Shown: positions 1 to 11,100, counted from the first letter of the stretch. The stretch is DNA of 51,586 bases from Verrucomicrobiales bacterium (GCA_028293375.1 JAQGOY010000228.1:1-51586); one strand, 5' to 3'. A program made the numbers and translations. The notes: generated by a model from the letters alone, not told the origin.

Positions 1-2
1 CT

Positions 3-674
3 CAGTATGGTTTAACCGCATCGAGTATTAAGAACAGTTTGTTCTATTCCAGTTTGAGCGCCACGGTGGACCTGGTTCTCGGGGTCATTATTGCGTGGCT
101 GTTGACCCGTAGGAAAATTCCGTTTGCCTGGCTCCTGGACGCCCTTGCCATGCTGCCTCTTGCCTTGCCTGGCCTTGTTCTGGCCTTCGGCTACGTGGCT
201 GGTTTCGATACCCAGGGATGGGCTAAAAATTTCCTGAACCCACGCTACAATCCGACCTTGCTACTGGTCATCAGTTACTCGGTACGCCGATTGCCTTATA
301 TCGTTCGGGCAGCCTATGCCGGGTTTCAGCAAACTTCCATTACGTTGGAGGAAGCGTCCGCCAATCTGGGCGCTTCACCGCTGCGCACTTTGATCAAGAT
401 CACCCTCCCGCTCGTCGCCGGAAATCTAATTGCTGGCACTATCCTCACCTTTTCCTTCGCCATGCTTGAAGTGAGCGACGGCCTCATTCTTGCGATGAAG
501 GAAACGTATTATCCCATCACCAAAGCCATCTACCAAATCATAGGCCGGGTAGATCCGACAGCGCCCAGTCTGGCTTCTGCTCTGGGAGTCGTGGGAATGC
601 TGATTTTGACAGCCAGCCTCCTGATCGCTGGAAGGATTCTGGGTAAAAAGATGGGTCAGCTCTTCCGGGCATAA
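3..674 (+). CDS. ABC transporter permease, Fe3+/thiamine (FbpB/ThiP-like) family; 5'-truncated by window edge
   Basis: Frame open from base 3; hydrophobic segments, LPLALPGLV motif and canonical EAA loop LEEASANLGASPLRTLIKITLP. Confidence 0.88.
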   Translation, partial: QYGLTASSIKNSLFYSSLSATVDLVLGVIIAWLLTRRKIPFAWLLDALAMLPLALPGLVLAFGYVAGFDTQGWAKNFLNPRYNPTLLLVISYSVRRLPYIVRAAYAGFQQTSITLEEASANLGASPLRTLIKITLPLVAGNLIAGTILTFSFAMLEVSDGLILAMKETYYPITKAIYQIIGRVDPTAPSLASALGVVGMLILTASLLIAGRILGKKMGQLFRA

Positions 675-714
675 TGAGTTACCATCGACTGTTTGTAGTT
701 GAGCGTATCAGGAT

Positions 715-1845
715 TCAAGTCAGTAACTTGAGCTGTTGGCGAGTGAGAAAGGGATCAAGCTTCGCGAGGACCAGAAAGGCCCACTTGCCCATCAGTTTCG
801 AAAAAAAAGTTCTCGACTGTTTCCATTCCGCGAGATCAATCGCTTTCGAATGTCCCAGGATTTCTGCGAAGAGTGATTCACCTTCGGAAATAAAACCGGG
901 TTCGTTTATTCTGACCAGCAACTCATAATTACTATGAAAGCTGCGAACATCCAGATTCGAAGACCCCACGTAGGCTGCCTGGGGCATCAGGATCATTTTG
1001 GCGTGCAGAATTTGCGGCTGGTACTCGTAAATTTCTATTCCGGTCATGAGCAGCCTCCTGTAAAGGCTGCGCGTGGCCATTTGTGAAAAAGGAACGTCCG
1101 AGATGGCTGGCAGCACCAATTGAACCCGCCCGCCGCGCTTGCGTATGCGAAGGATTTCCCTTCTCAATCGCCGGGTTGGAAGGAAATAAGCGCTCACTAT
1201 CTTCACGTGGTCGGCCCGCGCCAGGTCGTGATAAAGTGCGTTCTTCATCAGGTTAAAACTAAAACCTGGGCTGCTTAAAAGCAGTTTTGACTTTTCGGTG
1301 ACCACCGATACTTGATGACGCGCCTTGCGAATTTTCGTAAACCGGCGCGGTTTGAAATCCGCCAATTCGAACATCATGTCGAAAGCCTTGCTCAAGTCCG
1401 TGGCTAACTCCGAGCGAATGACCATTCCCAGGTCGCGCCAACCTTTGGTGACCCCGTCACCTTCATATTCCGGGGCGATGTTGAATCCGCCGATGAAGGC
1501 AATTTCGTCATCGCAAACCAGAATCTTGCGGTGGTCCCTCAACCCAAGACGATTAAATTGAAGGCGATTGAACCATTTGAATTGACCTCCGGCTTTCCTG
1601 AAGCTCTCCCAAAAGTCGTAGGGAAGCGTGACGGACCCGAGGGCATCGATCAAAACCCGTACGTCGAGTCCCCGACGAGCAGCCGAGACCAGTTCATCCC
1701 GAAAAAGATCCCCAATTGTCGATGCCTCATAGATGTACATCTCCAGCCGAACAGAGGTTTTTGCCGCACGAATAGCAGAAAGCATCGCCGCAAAGGCTTC
1801 ATCGCCAGTGTGAAGCCAATCGTAAAGTTGCAGCCTGCCTGTCAT
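715..1845 (-). CDS. cls: Phospholipase D family, cardiolipin synthase ClsB-like (no N-terminal TM anchor)
   Basis: HKD motif 1 DHRKILVCD...GGFN, WRD motif, SAYF, motif 2 LHAKMILMP...VGSSNLD.RS...NYE. Confidence 0.85.
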   Translation of the reverse strand: MTGRLQLYDWLHTGDEAFAAMLSAIRAAKTSVRLEMYIYEASTIGDLFRDELVSAARRGLDVRVLIDALGSVTLPYDFWESFRKAGGQFKWFNRLQFNRLGLRDHRKILVCDDEIAFIGGFNIAPEYEGDGVTKGWRDLGMVIRSELATDLSKAFDMMFELADFKPRRFTKIRKARHQVSVVTEKSKLLLSSPGFSFNLMKNALYHDLARADHVKIVSAYFLPTRRLRREILRIRKRGGRVQLVLPAISDVPFSQMATRSLYRRLLMTGIEIYEYQPQILHAKMILMPQAAYVGSSNLDVRSFHSNYELLVRINEPGFISEGESLFAEILGHSKAIDLAEWKQSRTFFSKLMGKWAFLVLAKLDPFLTRQQLKLLT

Positions 1846-1979
1846 TGGTTCAAAGATTACTTGAACCGGACGAAATTGGGAACTATGCGATTAGAGTCAG
1901 AAACCATCGGCAAAACCAAATCGTTGCCGTTCATGCCGCAAATTACATCGGGCACTGGGGCAATCCAGTCGGTGTCTGG

Positions 1980-3233
1980 TTACCGGAAAAGTGCCTGCGG
2001 GGGAGGGGTGATGGGGTTTGCGTTCCTGGATTTGAATTTTCTGTCGTAGAGCTCAGCAAGCCGTTTTCCGATGGTTCTCCACGAGAGTCTTTGTGAAGCG
2101 GTTTCTATGGCGGCTATGGAGAGTCGTTTTCGTAGCGATTCGTCTTTTAGGGCTTCGACCGTTTCGGTGATGAAGGCTTCAGGAGTGTCGGCGAGGAGGA
2201 TATCCTGTTTGTGAATCAGGTCCAAGCCTTGTGCGCCGATGGTGGTGGAAATGACAGGCGTTCCCAGGGCCATCGATTCAACTATTTTTAACCGGGTTCC
2301 ACCACCGATGCGGAGCGGGACGATTTGTAGCCAGGCCTGCCCGTAGTAAGGTCGAACATCGGGGACGCCTCCGGTAACGTGGACGCCCGGTTTGTCACCG
2401 TAAGCTTTGACTTCGGGTATTGGACTTTTACCGACGATGAGGACCTGCAGATTCGGTATCTGTTTCCGGATGCCTTCGTGGATGGCTTCGAAATACCAGC
2501 GAAGAGCGTCGACGTTGGGGTTGTAATCCATCGCGCCGCAGAAAATAAGGCTCGGGTTTTCGGCACGGGCTGTCGGGATTGGAGACTCCCGGAAGTAATC
2601 CAGATCCACACCGTTCACCACCACTTCGATTGGAACTGTTTTGCTGATGTACTTTTGAATGAAGACTTTGTCATCTGGCCCGCAGACGACCTCCATCGCG
2701 GCGCGGGCCGCGACCTTTTTTTCAAACGCAAGAAGCTTGGCATACCCTTCGTAACGCAAAAATCTGGTCTTGAGAGAGAAATTCATGCGCGAATGTTCCG
2801 CCAACTGAAATTGGAGATCGACCCGGCTGCGATCAACGATCATGGGGATGGATGCACGTTTCTTGTTGGTAAAATATTGAGCAAGGACAATATCGCAGAC
2901 ATGAACGGCGTCGTATTTCCCTGCAGTCAGGAGCCGGTCGAGGACAGGTTCCACCTGAGGAAGTGTCCAGTGAGCGACGTTTGGTGGCAAAGGATTCAGG
3001 AGTCGATCCGGAAACATTTTTTGCCAGTCGGGATGTTTGAAGGAGATGGTTTCGACTCTGTTACAAAATTCAGCGAAGACGTGTTTGTGCTCTTCACCTT
3101 CCCCGTTTTCAGTGAGGGCCAGGAGGTCAACTTCATGGACGCCGGCCAATTCCTTCAGAAGATTGAAAGTGCGATGGTAAGTGCCGCGGTCCAGCGGGTA
3201 GGGAAGGTAAGGATAAAAAACGAGAAGTTTCAT
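1980..3233 (-). CDS. Glycosyltransferase family 4
   Basis: MKLLVFYPYLPYP start, NGVD, PLRIGGGTRLKIVESMALGTPVIST (GT4 C-terminal motif); start moved to ATG 3233 to avoid overlap with upstream gene. Confidence 0.9.
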   Translation of the reverse strand: MKLLVFYPYLPYPLDRGTYHRTFNLLKELAGVHEVDLLALTENGEGEEHKHVFAEFCNRVETISFKHPDWQKMFPDRLLNPLPPNVAHWTLPQVEPVLDRLLTAGKYDAVHVCDIVLAQYFTNKKRASIPMIVDRSRVDLQFQLAEHSRMNFSLKTRFLRYEGYAKLLAFEKKVAARAAMEVVCGPDDKVFIQKYISKTVPIEVVVNGVDLDYFRESPIPTARAENPSLIFCGAMDYNPNVDALRWYFEAIHEGIRKQIPNLQVLIVGKSPIPEVKAYGDKPGVHVTGGVPDVRPYYGQAWLQIVPLRIGGGTRLKIVESMALGTPVISTTIGAQGLDLIHKQDILLADTPEAFITETVEALKDESLRKRLSIAAIETASQRLSWRTIGKRLAELYDRKFKSRNANPITPPPQALFR

Positions 3234-3237
3234 ATCG

Positions 3238-4377
3238 TTAATTATAGTGGCTCCAGAGTTGGCGATAGGCATGAACCAGCTCGGCATGGCTGGTGGCGAT
3301 GGTGTTTAATTCCGATTGGATAAAGCGAAGCAATGCCGGGTCATTGATCGATTCAGGTTTCCACAGCAACAACGGCAGGGTGTTTAGGAGCCGTTCCCGG
3401 GGATAGCGTGAGGATTTGTCACTTAACAATGATTTAGGACCAAATTTCCGAAGATTGATCAAACGATTTTTGGTGTCGGCCGTGTCGGGACATTTGTTGA
3501 TGGGAGACAATGCGTATTGTTCGACGTCGGCAAAATGTTGTTCCAGACGAAGATTTTCCAGCCAAAGCCAGACTTGCTGAGACACAGTTTTGAGCTCGGT
3601 TTGTGTTTGTTGAAAATCGCACGCTGCTCCCTCACGCCGGGTTGGATGAAGTTTAAAGTCCACTCCATCGAAGTGAAACGCCTTCACTGATTTCATCCAG
3701 GGAAGTGTGTCCTCCATGGCTTGAAGATATTGGGCCCGAGTGACGCTGCTCCAGTGGTAACGCTGATTGACAGTCAGGACGACATCCCCGAACGCGAGCT
3801 TGGCCTTGCATTGATTGCGACCGACGAAATCCGCATCCTCAGGACTGAAATCTTTTTTCGCCAGGGCCACCTCGGAAAACAAGAGGCCGGAGCAGCGATT
3901 CATCAGGAGACGAATGGCTTCAGCGAGTTTGATGTTCGCGGCAACACGGTGAACATTGGTGCTTTTGAGGATGGTAGGGCTCCCCAACAAAACCTTGTGG
4001 CCCATGACCAGGTCATAAAAGAACATGGTGGTGGGGCCGGTGATAATTTTTTCCAGCGGCAGGATCTTGAACTCCACCTCGATACCGGCTTTTTCCGTGC
4101 AACGATGAGCGATGTCCTGAAGCTGTCTGCCATAACGTTTCTCGTTGAGAAAAGCAGGACCAGCGATGCAGACATAAAATTCCATGTCGTTATAAGGAAG
4201 ATCGCTCGAAGGGGATTTAAGAACACCCCCTTCGCCCCGCCCATAACCTCCACCCAGAATGATGGCTTGCAGGCGAGATCCCGGCACGACAGCGGTGATG
4301 CCTTCGACCACCGCCTCAGAGACCGAGCTGAGGTGAGATTCCAGTTCGTCAGTACCGTCGAGGGTGAATCGATCCAT
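3238..4377 (-). CDS. Pol-beta superfamily nucleotidyltransferase-domain protein, function unknown
   Basis: ILGGGYGRGEGG...PYNDMEF matches hG(G/S)...DhD/Eh; helical C-terminal region; ATG 4377 coupled (TAATG) to the upstream GT stop. Confidence 0.7.
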   Translation of the reverse strand: MDRFTLDGTDELESHLSSVSEAVVEGITAVVPGSRLQAIILGGGYGRGEGGVLKSPSSDLPYNDMEFYVCIAGPAFLNEKRYGRQLQDIAHRCTEKAGIEVEFKILPLEKIITGPTTMFFYDLVMGHKVLLGSPTILKSTNVHRVAANIKLAEAIRLLMNRCSGLLFSEVALAKKDFSPEDADFVGRNQCKAKLAFGDVVLTVNQRYHWSSVTRAQYLQAMEDTLPWMKSVKAFHFDGVDFKLHPTRREGAACDFQQTQTELKTVSQQVWLWLENLRLEQHFADVEQYALSPINKCPDTADTKNRLINLRKFGPKSLLSDKSSRYPRERLLNTLPLLLWKPESINDPALLRFIQSELNTIATSHAELVHAYRQLWSHYN

Positions 4378-5645
4378 TACCGGTTGTACGGTTGTAGTGG
4401 CACTGGCGCCCATGATTTGAAACTTTCCTTGAGGAAATGATCGGCCTGGTCGAGATAAGCTTTTTCGTTGTAACGGGCATGCACCTCGGTTCGTCCGGTG
4501 TTGGCGATTTGGAATCGAAGTTCAGGATTTTTGTCCAACCGCAGAATTTGACGAGCCAGTTGTTCGGAGCTGCCGGCATTGTAAGTCAAAGCATTCTGAC
4601 CTTCGCGAAATAACTCTTTGCTACCGCCGGTCATCGTCCCAATTACAGGCAACCCGCTAGCCATGGCCTCCAGGGGAGTGATGGCGAATGGCTCCTCCCA
4701 CTCCGAAGTGAAAAGAAGAGCGTCGTGTTCTCGATACAGTGCTGGCATGGCGTCGGGTGAACTGACCGAGGTGAACTTGATGGGCAATTTTCGAGAAGCG
4801 GCGTAGTCGCGCACTTCCTTCTCGTAATCGGCCTCGCCTTTGCCGCAGACGGTTAGTTCACCGGCGAACTTGTCGCGCACCAATTCCATGGCCTTGATGG
4901 CTGTCATGGTGCCTTTATCCTGGGTGATGCGGCCCACAACCAAAAGTCGTTGAAGTGGTTTATCCACCGGTTTCACGGGAGCGTTGAAGCGTTCGATATT
5001 TACCGGGCAATAAGTGATGATCCCTTGAGAGACAGGAAAACCCGCTTCCGCGGTAAAGGTCCGAAGGAACTCACTGCAAAACTGCACATTTCTAAAAACA
5101 AGGTGCTTCACCGGATTGGTTGGTGTGACTTTTTGGCAACGACCCCGAAAACCGCTGACTGTTCTCAGGTTGCGAAGAATCCGTTGCTTGAAACTTGGAT
5201 TGTTGCAATTCCACCAGCGAAGCCATACATCCGCTTTTTCGCATCGAGCGATCCAATGATCGGAGACGTAAAAAGCGGTGGGAATACCCAGTTCCTGGAG
5301 TGTGAGTAGCATCGACTTGGAAAGCCCGCCCATGTTCCAGATATAAACCAGGTCCGGCGACACCTTTTCCAGGACCGAACGCAGGGTGCGATTATTGTAT
5401 TTCTCCAGGCTTTGAAGTTGGTGAATTCCCAGCCATGGGTTTCCATACATCCCGTGAATTTTCAACAAACGGTAGACCGTTTTCTCATTTTCGGGGATGG
5501 GCGACTTGTCCAGCCCGTAATCCGAAGTCAGGACATGCATTTCGTGGCCACGGCCCCGCAGGCCTTCCACCGTATTATGGCAGTTCAGCTCATAGCCACC
5601 GATGAAGAAGGGGGGATAAAGATTACTGAGCGTAAGAATTCTCAT
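4377..5645 (-). CDS. Glycosyltransferase family 4
   Basis: MRILTLSNLYPP..GGYE; SEWEEPFAITPLEAMASGLPVI (E-x7-E). Confidence 0.92.
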   Translation of the reverse strand: MRILTLSNLYPPFFIGGYELNCHNTVEGLRGRGHEMHVLTSDYGLDKSPIPENEKTVYRLLKIHGMYGNPWLGIHQLQSLEKYNNRTLRSVLEKVSPDLVYIWNMGGLSKSMLLTLQELGIPTAFYVSDHWIARCEKADVWLRWWNCNNPSFKQRILRNLRTVSGFRGRCQKVTPTNPVKHLVFRNVQFCSEFLRTFTAEAGFPVSQGIITYCPVNIERFNAPVKPVDKPLQRLLVVGRITQDKGTMTAIKAMELVRDKFAGELTVCGKGEADYEKEVRDYAASRKLPIKFTSVSSPDAMPALYREHDALLFTSEWEEPFAITPLEAMASGLPVIGTMTGGSKELFREGQNALTYNAGSSEQLARQILRLDKNPELRFQIANTGRTEVHARYNEKAYLDQADHFLKESFKSWAPVPLQPYNR

Positions 5646-6516
5646 GATTTAACCCTCGATAATGTTTCCAACCTTCTCGGAATCCCTCGAGTTTTCCCTT
5701 TCGCTGATGCCAGCGTATGCGCGCGGCGTGCGGCATCTCGGCCAGTCGTTTCTCCCGGAGACAGTATTGCAAGTCGTGACGAAGATCGCTGATTACGCCG
5801 AGCGCCACGGTCCGGCCAAAGTTGAAATAGTTGGGGTTTTTCTTCCAGGAAGCAGCAAGGGCTCGGGCGTCGCCAAAGCTTCGTTTGTAGGATTGCTGGG
5901 GCGTGTAATTGTGGGAATGCATGACGACCGATTCCGGCACGTAGACCACGTCATAACCTTGCTGGCGGGCCCAGCGGGTGTATTCATCATCCTCGGCGTA
6001 CTGAAGCTTTTCCAGAAACCCGCGCTTGCTCCAGATATCCTTCCGAAGACCACTGCTGACCATGCTGAAGAAATGATCCCACTTGGTCGAGATGCGGTTT
6101 GGGCCGAAGCATCGATCATAGTCGCAGGCAAATACCGCCTGGCAGTCCGGCCTTGGAATTTGTTGTCCGAAAACGGCAGCGGTGTTCGGGTTAAATAGTT
6201 TTTCCGCCAGGGGACGCAACCAGTTCTTGCCCTGCGGCGTCGCGTCGGCATTCACGAAAATGCCATATTCCGAAGAGGCGACTTCCATGCCCCAATTCAT
6301 CACGCGGCTGGGATTGTATTCCGGCGGAGTTATCTGTTTGAAATGCCGGGGTTTAAAATTCTTGATGAGGTCCACAGAACCATCGGTGGAACCGGAGTCG
6401 ATGACGATCAATTCCCAATTGCTATACTCCTGGTTTTGCAAAGCAGGAAGCGTATCGCGCAATGCCCAGGCTTCATTATAGGAACGCAATATTATGCTGA
6501 GTAATGGATCGCTCAT
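5623..6516 (-). CDS. Glycosyltransferase family 2 (rhamnosyltransferase-like)
   Basis: SIILRSYNE, VIDSGSTDGS, FVNAD, YAEDDE, VMHSHNY. Confidence 0.88.
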   Translation of the reverse strand: MSDPLLSIILRSYNEAWALRDTLPALQNQEYSNWELIVIDSGSTDGSVDLIKNFKPRHFKQITPPEYNPSRVMNWGMEVASSEYGIFVNADATPQGKNWLRPLAEKLFNPNTAAVFGQQIPRPDCQAVFACDYDRCFGPNRISTKWDHFFSMVSSGLRKDIWSKRGFLEKLQYAEDDEYTRWARQQGYDVVYVPESVVMHSHNYTPQQSYKRSFGDARALAASWKKNPNYFNFGRTVALGVISDLRHDLQYCLREKRLAEMPHAARIRWHQRKGKLEGFREGWKHYRGLNHENSYAQ

Positions 6517-8123
6517 GCTGTTTTCCCGGCTTTAAAAATTCTGGGAAATTTACGCGCAACTTGAAATCGGTCGGATGTCGTCATGGCATAATTCCAGAGG
6601 CCGATGAAACCAATGAACATGCCGAGAACGCATTGGCCAATCATAATGATCGAACTTTTTCGGTAATCGAGCCATGGGGAATAAAAAGTAAGAAGTAAGT
6701 AAGCCACCAAAGGTAAACAGCCTCGAAGTGTGGGGAACAGGACCTTCCGCAGCATCCCCATCAAGGAAAGCTCTGCCTCTTTTGCCGCCCATGGAAGAAT
6801 GTATCCAAAGCCAAAGACCATGGTGGCGATGAGTGAGCCTAGGGCCACACCAATGACATTGTGAAATTTGACGATCAAAGAAACGCTGAGCACCAGGTTA
6901 AGGAGCGCTTCACCAAGACCCATCCACATCAACTTCCGTTCATGACCGCACATCATAAAAATGCGCTTGGTGACACTCTGGGTAAGTAGAGTTACAAATT
7001 GCCAGGTGAGAAGAATTTCCCCAACCCAGAACGTTTCAAAATAAAAAGTCCTGTCGCGTGATAGGAAGGCAATCATTCCCTGCATGTAAAAAAGACCAAT
7101 CAGAAAAGCAGGAGTGGCGATCATGACGCTGAAACGGGTGCCATCCAGGAGCAGCCTGCGCAATACTTCCTTTTCGCCTTTGGCATGAAGATGAGCGGCA
7201 GCCGGACTAAATGTGTCGGGGAGTTGATTGGTAAAGGTTCCAAATACTTCGCCGACCTTCGCGCCAGTCTCGTAAAGTGCGACCGAAGATACTGCCTGGA
7301 CAATACCGATCACGAGGCGATCAGTCTTGCCGAGAATCATGTTGCTCAAAGTGCTGATGTAAGTGAACACCGAGAAACGAAGCGTTTCCACGATCATCTT
7401 TGGCGAAAAATATTTAGGCAACAACTTGACGTGAGGAAGTTTTTTCAAGGCACAGGCCCCGCAAAGGGCACTGGGAACAATCGCGCTCGCGAGTGAAATG
7501 ATGACGATGGTTCTTAGACCCAGGTGTTGACGAATCGCCACCGTAATAAAAACAAAATTCAAAACGCCAGTTACCGAAAAAATCATGTTCGCCAGGAAGA
7601 TACGCTGCTGACCGATCAGAATCTCCGGAAAAATACCGAGAGGAAAACCGATACCGATGCCGCAGAAGAAAAGCACCATGATTTGCCGAAAGATTTCGCG
7701 GTTTGGCGGGCTGATGTTGAACATGCCAATCAAGGCGTGTGAAAAGCCAAAGGCGATTCCAACGATGATCAGCGCGATGACAACATAGAGATAAAAAATG
7801 GTGCTTAATACCTGGCTAAGTTCCGTCCAGTTTTGGTGAACGGAGAGTTCCGCAACTTTCTTGACCGCAGTAAAACCAAATCCGAAATCGAGAAGAATTC
7901 CGAATCCGAACACACTCCAGAGAAGAGTCCAAAAACCGAATTCCTCAGTGTGAAGGCCTTGCTTCAGGACCCCGAACATAACGACGCCGAGAGCCATGCG
8001 AAGCCCCATGGCGAGGTAGTTGGAGATGGAATTCCTCCACATGTGCCTGGCCATCTCCTCATGGGGAGACTCCATAGGCGACTTATGTACGTCCGGAGCT
8101 GCTGGAGCGGCTGTAACTGGCAT
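6513..8123 (-). CDS. Wzx/MOP-family oligosaccharide flippase
   Basis: Many TM segments; EEFGFW, LLDFGFG, TDRLVIG...VALYETG; located among GTs. Confidence 0.85.
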   Translation of the reverse strand: MPVTAAPAAPDVHKSPMESPHEEMARHMWRNSISNYLAMGLRMALGVVMFGVLKQGLHTEEFGFWTLLWSVFGFGILLDFGFGFTAVKKVAELSVHQNWTELSQVLSTIFYLYVVIALIIVGIAFGFSHALIGMFNISPPNREIFRQIMVLFFCGIGIGFPLGIFPEILIGQQRIFLANMIFSVTGVLNFVFITVAIRQHLGLRTIVIISLASAIVPSALCGACALKKLPHVKLLPKYFSPKMIVETLRFSVFTYISTLSNMILGKTDRLVIGIVQAVSSVALYETGAKVGEVFGTFTNQLPDTFSPAAAHLHAKGEKEVLRRLLLDGTRFSVMIATPAFLIGLFYMQGMIAFLSRDRTFYFETFWVGEILLTWQFVTLLTQSVTKRIFMMCGHERKLMWMGLGEALLNLVLSVSLIVKFHNVIGVALGSLIATMVFGFGYILPWAAKEAELSLMGMLRKVLFPTLRGCLPLVAYLLLTFYSPWLDYRKSSIIMIGQCVLGMFIGFIGLWNYAMTTSDRFQVARKFPRIFKAGKTA

Positions 8124-8125
8124 TT

Positions 8126-11100
8126 TTATTTTCCGGCCTCTTCGAGGCACCGTTCAAGTTGTTTTGCCAGCAACTTTACATTTGGCTCCATCAGGATGGT
8201 ATCGTGATCTCCCGGAACGATATGTCGTTCAATTTGCTTAACCAGCGATTTCCACCCGTAATTGGGATCAGGTATAACGGCAGGATCCTGGATGGCAGCA
8301 TTGAAGAGAATAATCTTCCCTGCATACTTGTGGGACTCGTAACCGTCCAGAGCATTAAGGTTGGTGTGATAAATGTGCTCCAGGTTATCGAGAAATTTAT
8401 TTCTTTCAGCCACTTTGACCGGATCTTCGATTTCTTCGAGACTGGCGCGTTTGAATCGCATTTCGTCGGCGAGCCGAACACCTCGATAATAATTCACCTT
8501 GGCCACGACGTATCGTTTCCATTGCAGGGGAGACATACTGAACAGACATTGGAAGCGGCGCAGGGCGTAACGAATATTGGAATAGCCTGGCGAGGGGGCG
8601 GGAGTTTCAATCAGCGCCAGCAGTGCTGTTTTTTCACCCATCCTGGCCAGTTGCTGCGCCATTTCCACCGCGAGGATTCCGCCGTAACACCAGCCGCCCA
8701 GAAAATAGGGGCCATGCGGCTGGACGGTTTGGATTTGTTGAATATAATAACGCGCCATTTCCGGCACGTTGGTGTGAGCCAGGGAACTGTCCTTAAACCC
8801 AAGAGATTGCAAACCGTAACAGGGTTGTTCGGTGCCCAGATGATATACCAGGTTGCCATATCCGAGCACGTCACCCGGAGTGGTATGAATGAGAAATAAT
8901 GGTTTCTTAGTACCAAGGGTTTGCAATGGAACCAGCGACGACCATTCCTCGGGTCTGCTGACCTCTTCAATTTTTCGCGAAATAGCCTCGATGGTGGACG
9001 CCTGATAAAGAATTCCCATAGGCAATTTCTTGCCGCTAACCCTTTCTATTTCGACGATCAGCTTCATGGCCTGAAGCGAATCACCGCCGAGTTCAAAAAA
9101 GCTAATGTCGGTTCCAATCGGGCGCCGGTTCAGAAAACGCTCGAACACCAGTTGAATCTGCATTTCCAGTGGTGTTTGAGGAAGCTTGATACTCTGGTCG
9201 TGCTCTTCCACTACCGGTTTCGGCTCGGGAAGCGCTTTGCGGTCCACCTTACCGTTTGGAGTTAACGGAAGTTTCTCCAGTTTGACAAAGGCCGCTGGCA
9301 CGCAATAGACAGGGAGCTTTGTTTTCAGGTAATCGCGCAGCTCAGGGATGGTGTAAGTTTTTCCATTTTGGGTTACGATGTAAGCTACCAATTGTTTTTC
9401 CCCGCCGGTGACCACGCGAGCCACCACCACCGATTCGCGAACCGCAGGATGTTTGCTGAGGACGGCCTCGATCTCGCCGAGTTCCACACGGTAACCTCGA
9501 ATCTTTACCTGGTGATCGATACGCCCCAGGAACTCCAGATTGCCATTGGGTAAAAAGCGGGCCAGGTCGCCGGCCTTATACATTTTCGCACCGGGTTTCG
9601 AACTGAATGGATCGGGTATAAAGCGCTCATCGGTCAAATCCTGGCGATTGAGATACCCGCGAGCCAGGCAATCTCCCCCAATGAATAATTCCCCGGGCAT
9701 TCCGATCGGAACGAAATCTTTTTGCTCATTGAGAATGTAAATTTTCGCATTGGCTATCGGTTTCCCGATGGAGGGAAGAGGAGGCCAATAGAGTGCGCTG
9801 CCTTTCAAATCGTGGGCGGTCACCACATGGGTTTCAGAAGGCCCATATTGATTGTGCAAGGTGCATTCTTTCAGTTTGGTAAAAAATTGCACAATTTGGG
9901 GTGTGACCTGGAGCTGTTCCCCCGCAGTAATAACTTCGGCGAGCTGATTCGGGTAAATTGAATTCCGTTCAGCCGCTTCTGCCAGGTGCTTTAATGCAAC
10001 AAAGGGCAGAAAGATGCGCTGGATCGATTGTTCGGCAATGAACTGGATCAAGAGATTTGAATCGCGGCGATTGTTCTCGGGAATCATGACCAGCGTGCCG
10101 CCTGAGCAGGTGGTGGAAAATATTTCCTGGAACGAAACATCGAAATTCAGTGACGAAAACTGAAGCGTGCGCGCCGGGAGGGTGTAGCCCCAATTATCGA
10201 ATTGCCAGAAGAGCAGATTGACGAGCGGCCCCTGGCGCATGGCCACCCCTTTGGGCTTGCCCGTGGATCCGGAAGTATAAATGAGATAAGCGAGATGATC
10301 TTCAGACGTCCTGCACACCGGATTGGTATTGGGAGCGTCTGCAAATTGGGCCGCGTCGCGATCCAGGCAGAGGAGTCGGGTTTCAGTATCAGGAATTTCT
10401 TCGATTAGACTTTCCTGGGTCAGAAGCAGCGGAGCACATGTGTCTTCGAGCATGAAGGTCAGTCGATCCTTCGGATAACTGGGGTCGAAGGGAACGTAAG
10501 CGCCGCCCGCCTTGATGATGGCGAGAACAGCGATGGCGAGTTCGACCGAACGTTCCAGGCAGACTCCGACAACAACGTCTTCCCTTACACCGCTTTTTTG
10601 CAGGAAATGAGCGAGCTGATTGGCTCTTTCGTTGAGTTCATAGTAAGTCAGAGATTTTAATGGACTGTTTCCCAGGGGGGCGCAGACAGCAATGGTGGAA
10701 GGGGTCTTTTCGACTTGAGCCTCGAACAACGTTTTTAGATTTTTTACCGGTGGGTAATTGGTGTTCGTCTTGTTGAAAAGCCCAAGGATCTGAGTCCTTT
10801 GCGCTGGGGGGACCATATCCAGATCCTTGAGATTCTTCTCGGGGTGCTCCACCATTTGGCGCAACACCCAGGCGTATTGCTGAAGGAGCGCCTCCACGGC
10901 TGCTTTATCGAGGGCTGACCCTGAAAACTCAAGGTTCAAACCTCCGCTGGCTCCATTGACTGTAACCTTGATGCCCTGGGGATTTCCGGCAACGAATCCT
11001 CGATCGCCATTTGGACCGAATTCAACCAGACTTTCAATAATCGGCTGGTTATTGGGGATTTCGCACCACTGACGGAGATCCTTCGCTGAGGCGGCATCCT

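Noticed and set aside
3238-4377. NTase as a CBASS/cGAS-like or toxin-antitoxin defence gene
   Set aside because: No effector, HEPN or ubiquitin-like partner is adjacent and it is translationally coupled to glycosyltransferases; kept only as a minor alternative hypothesis
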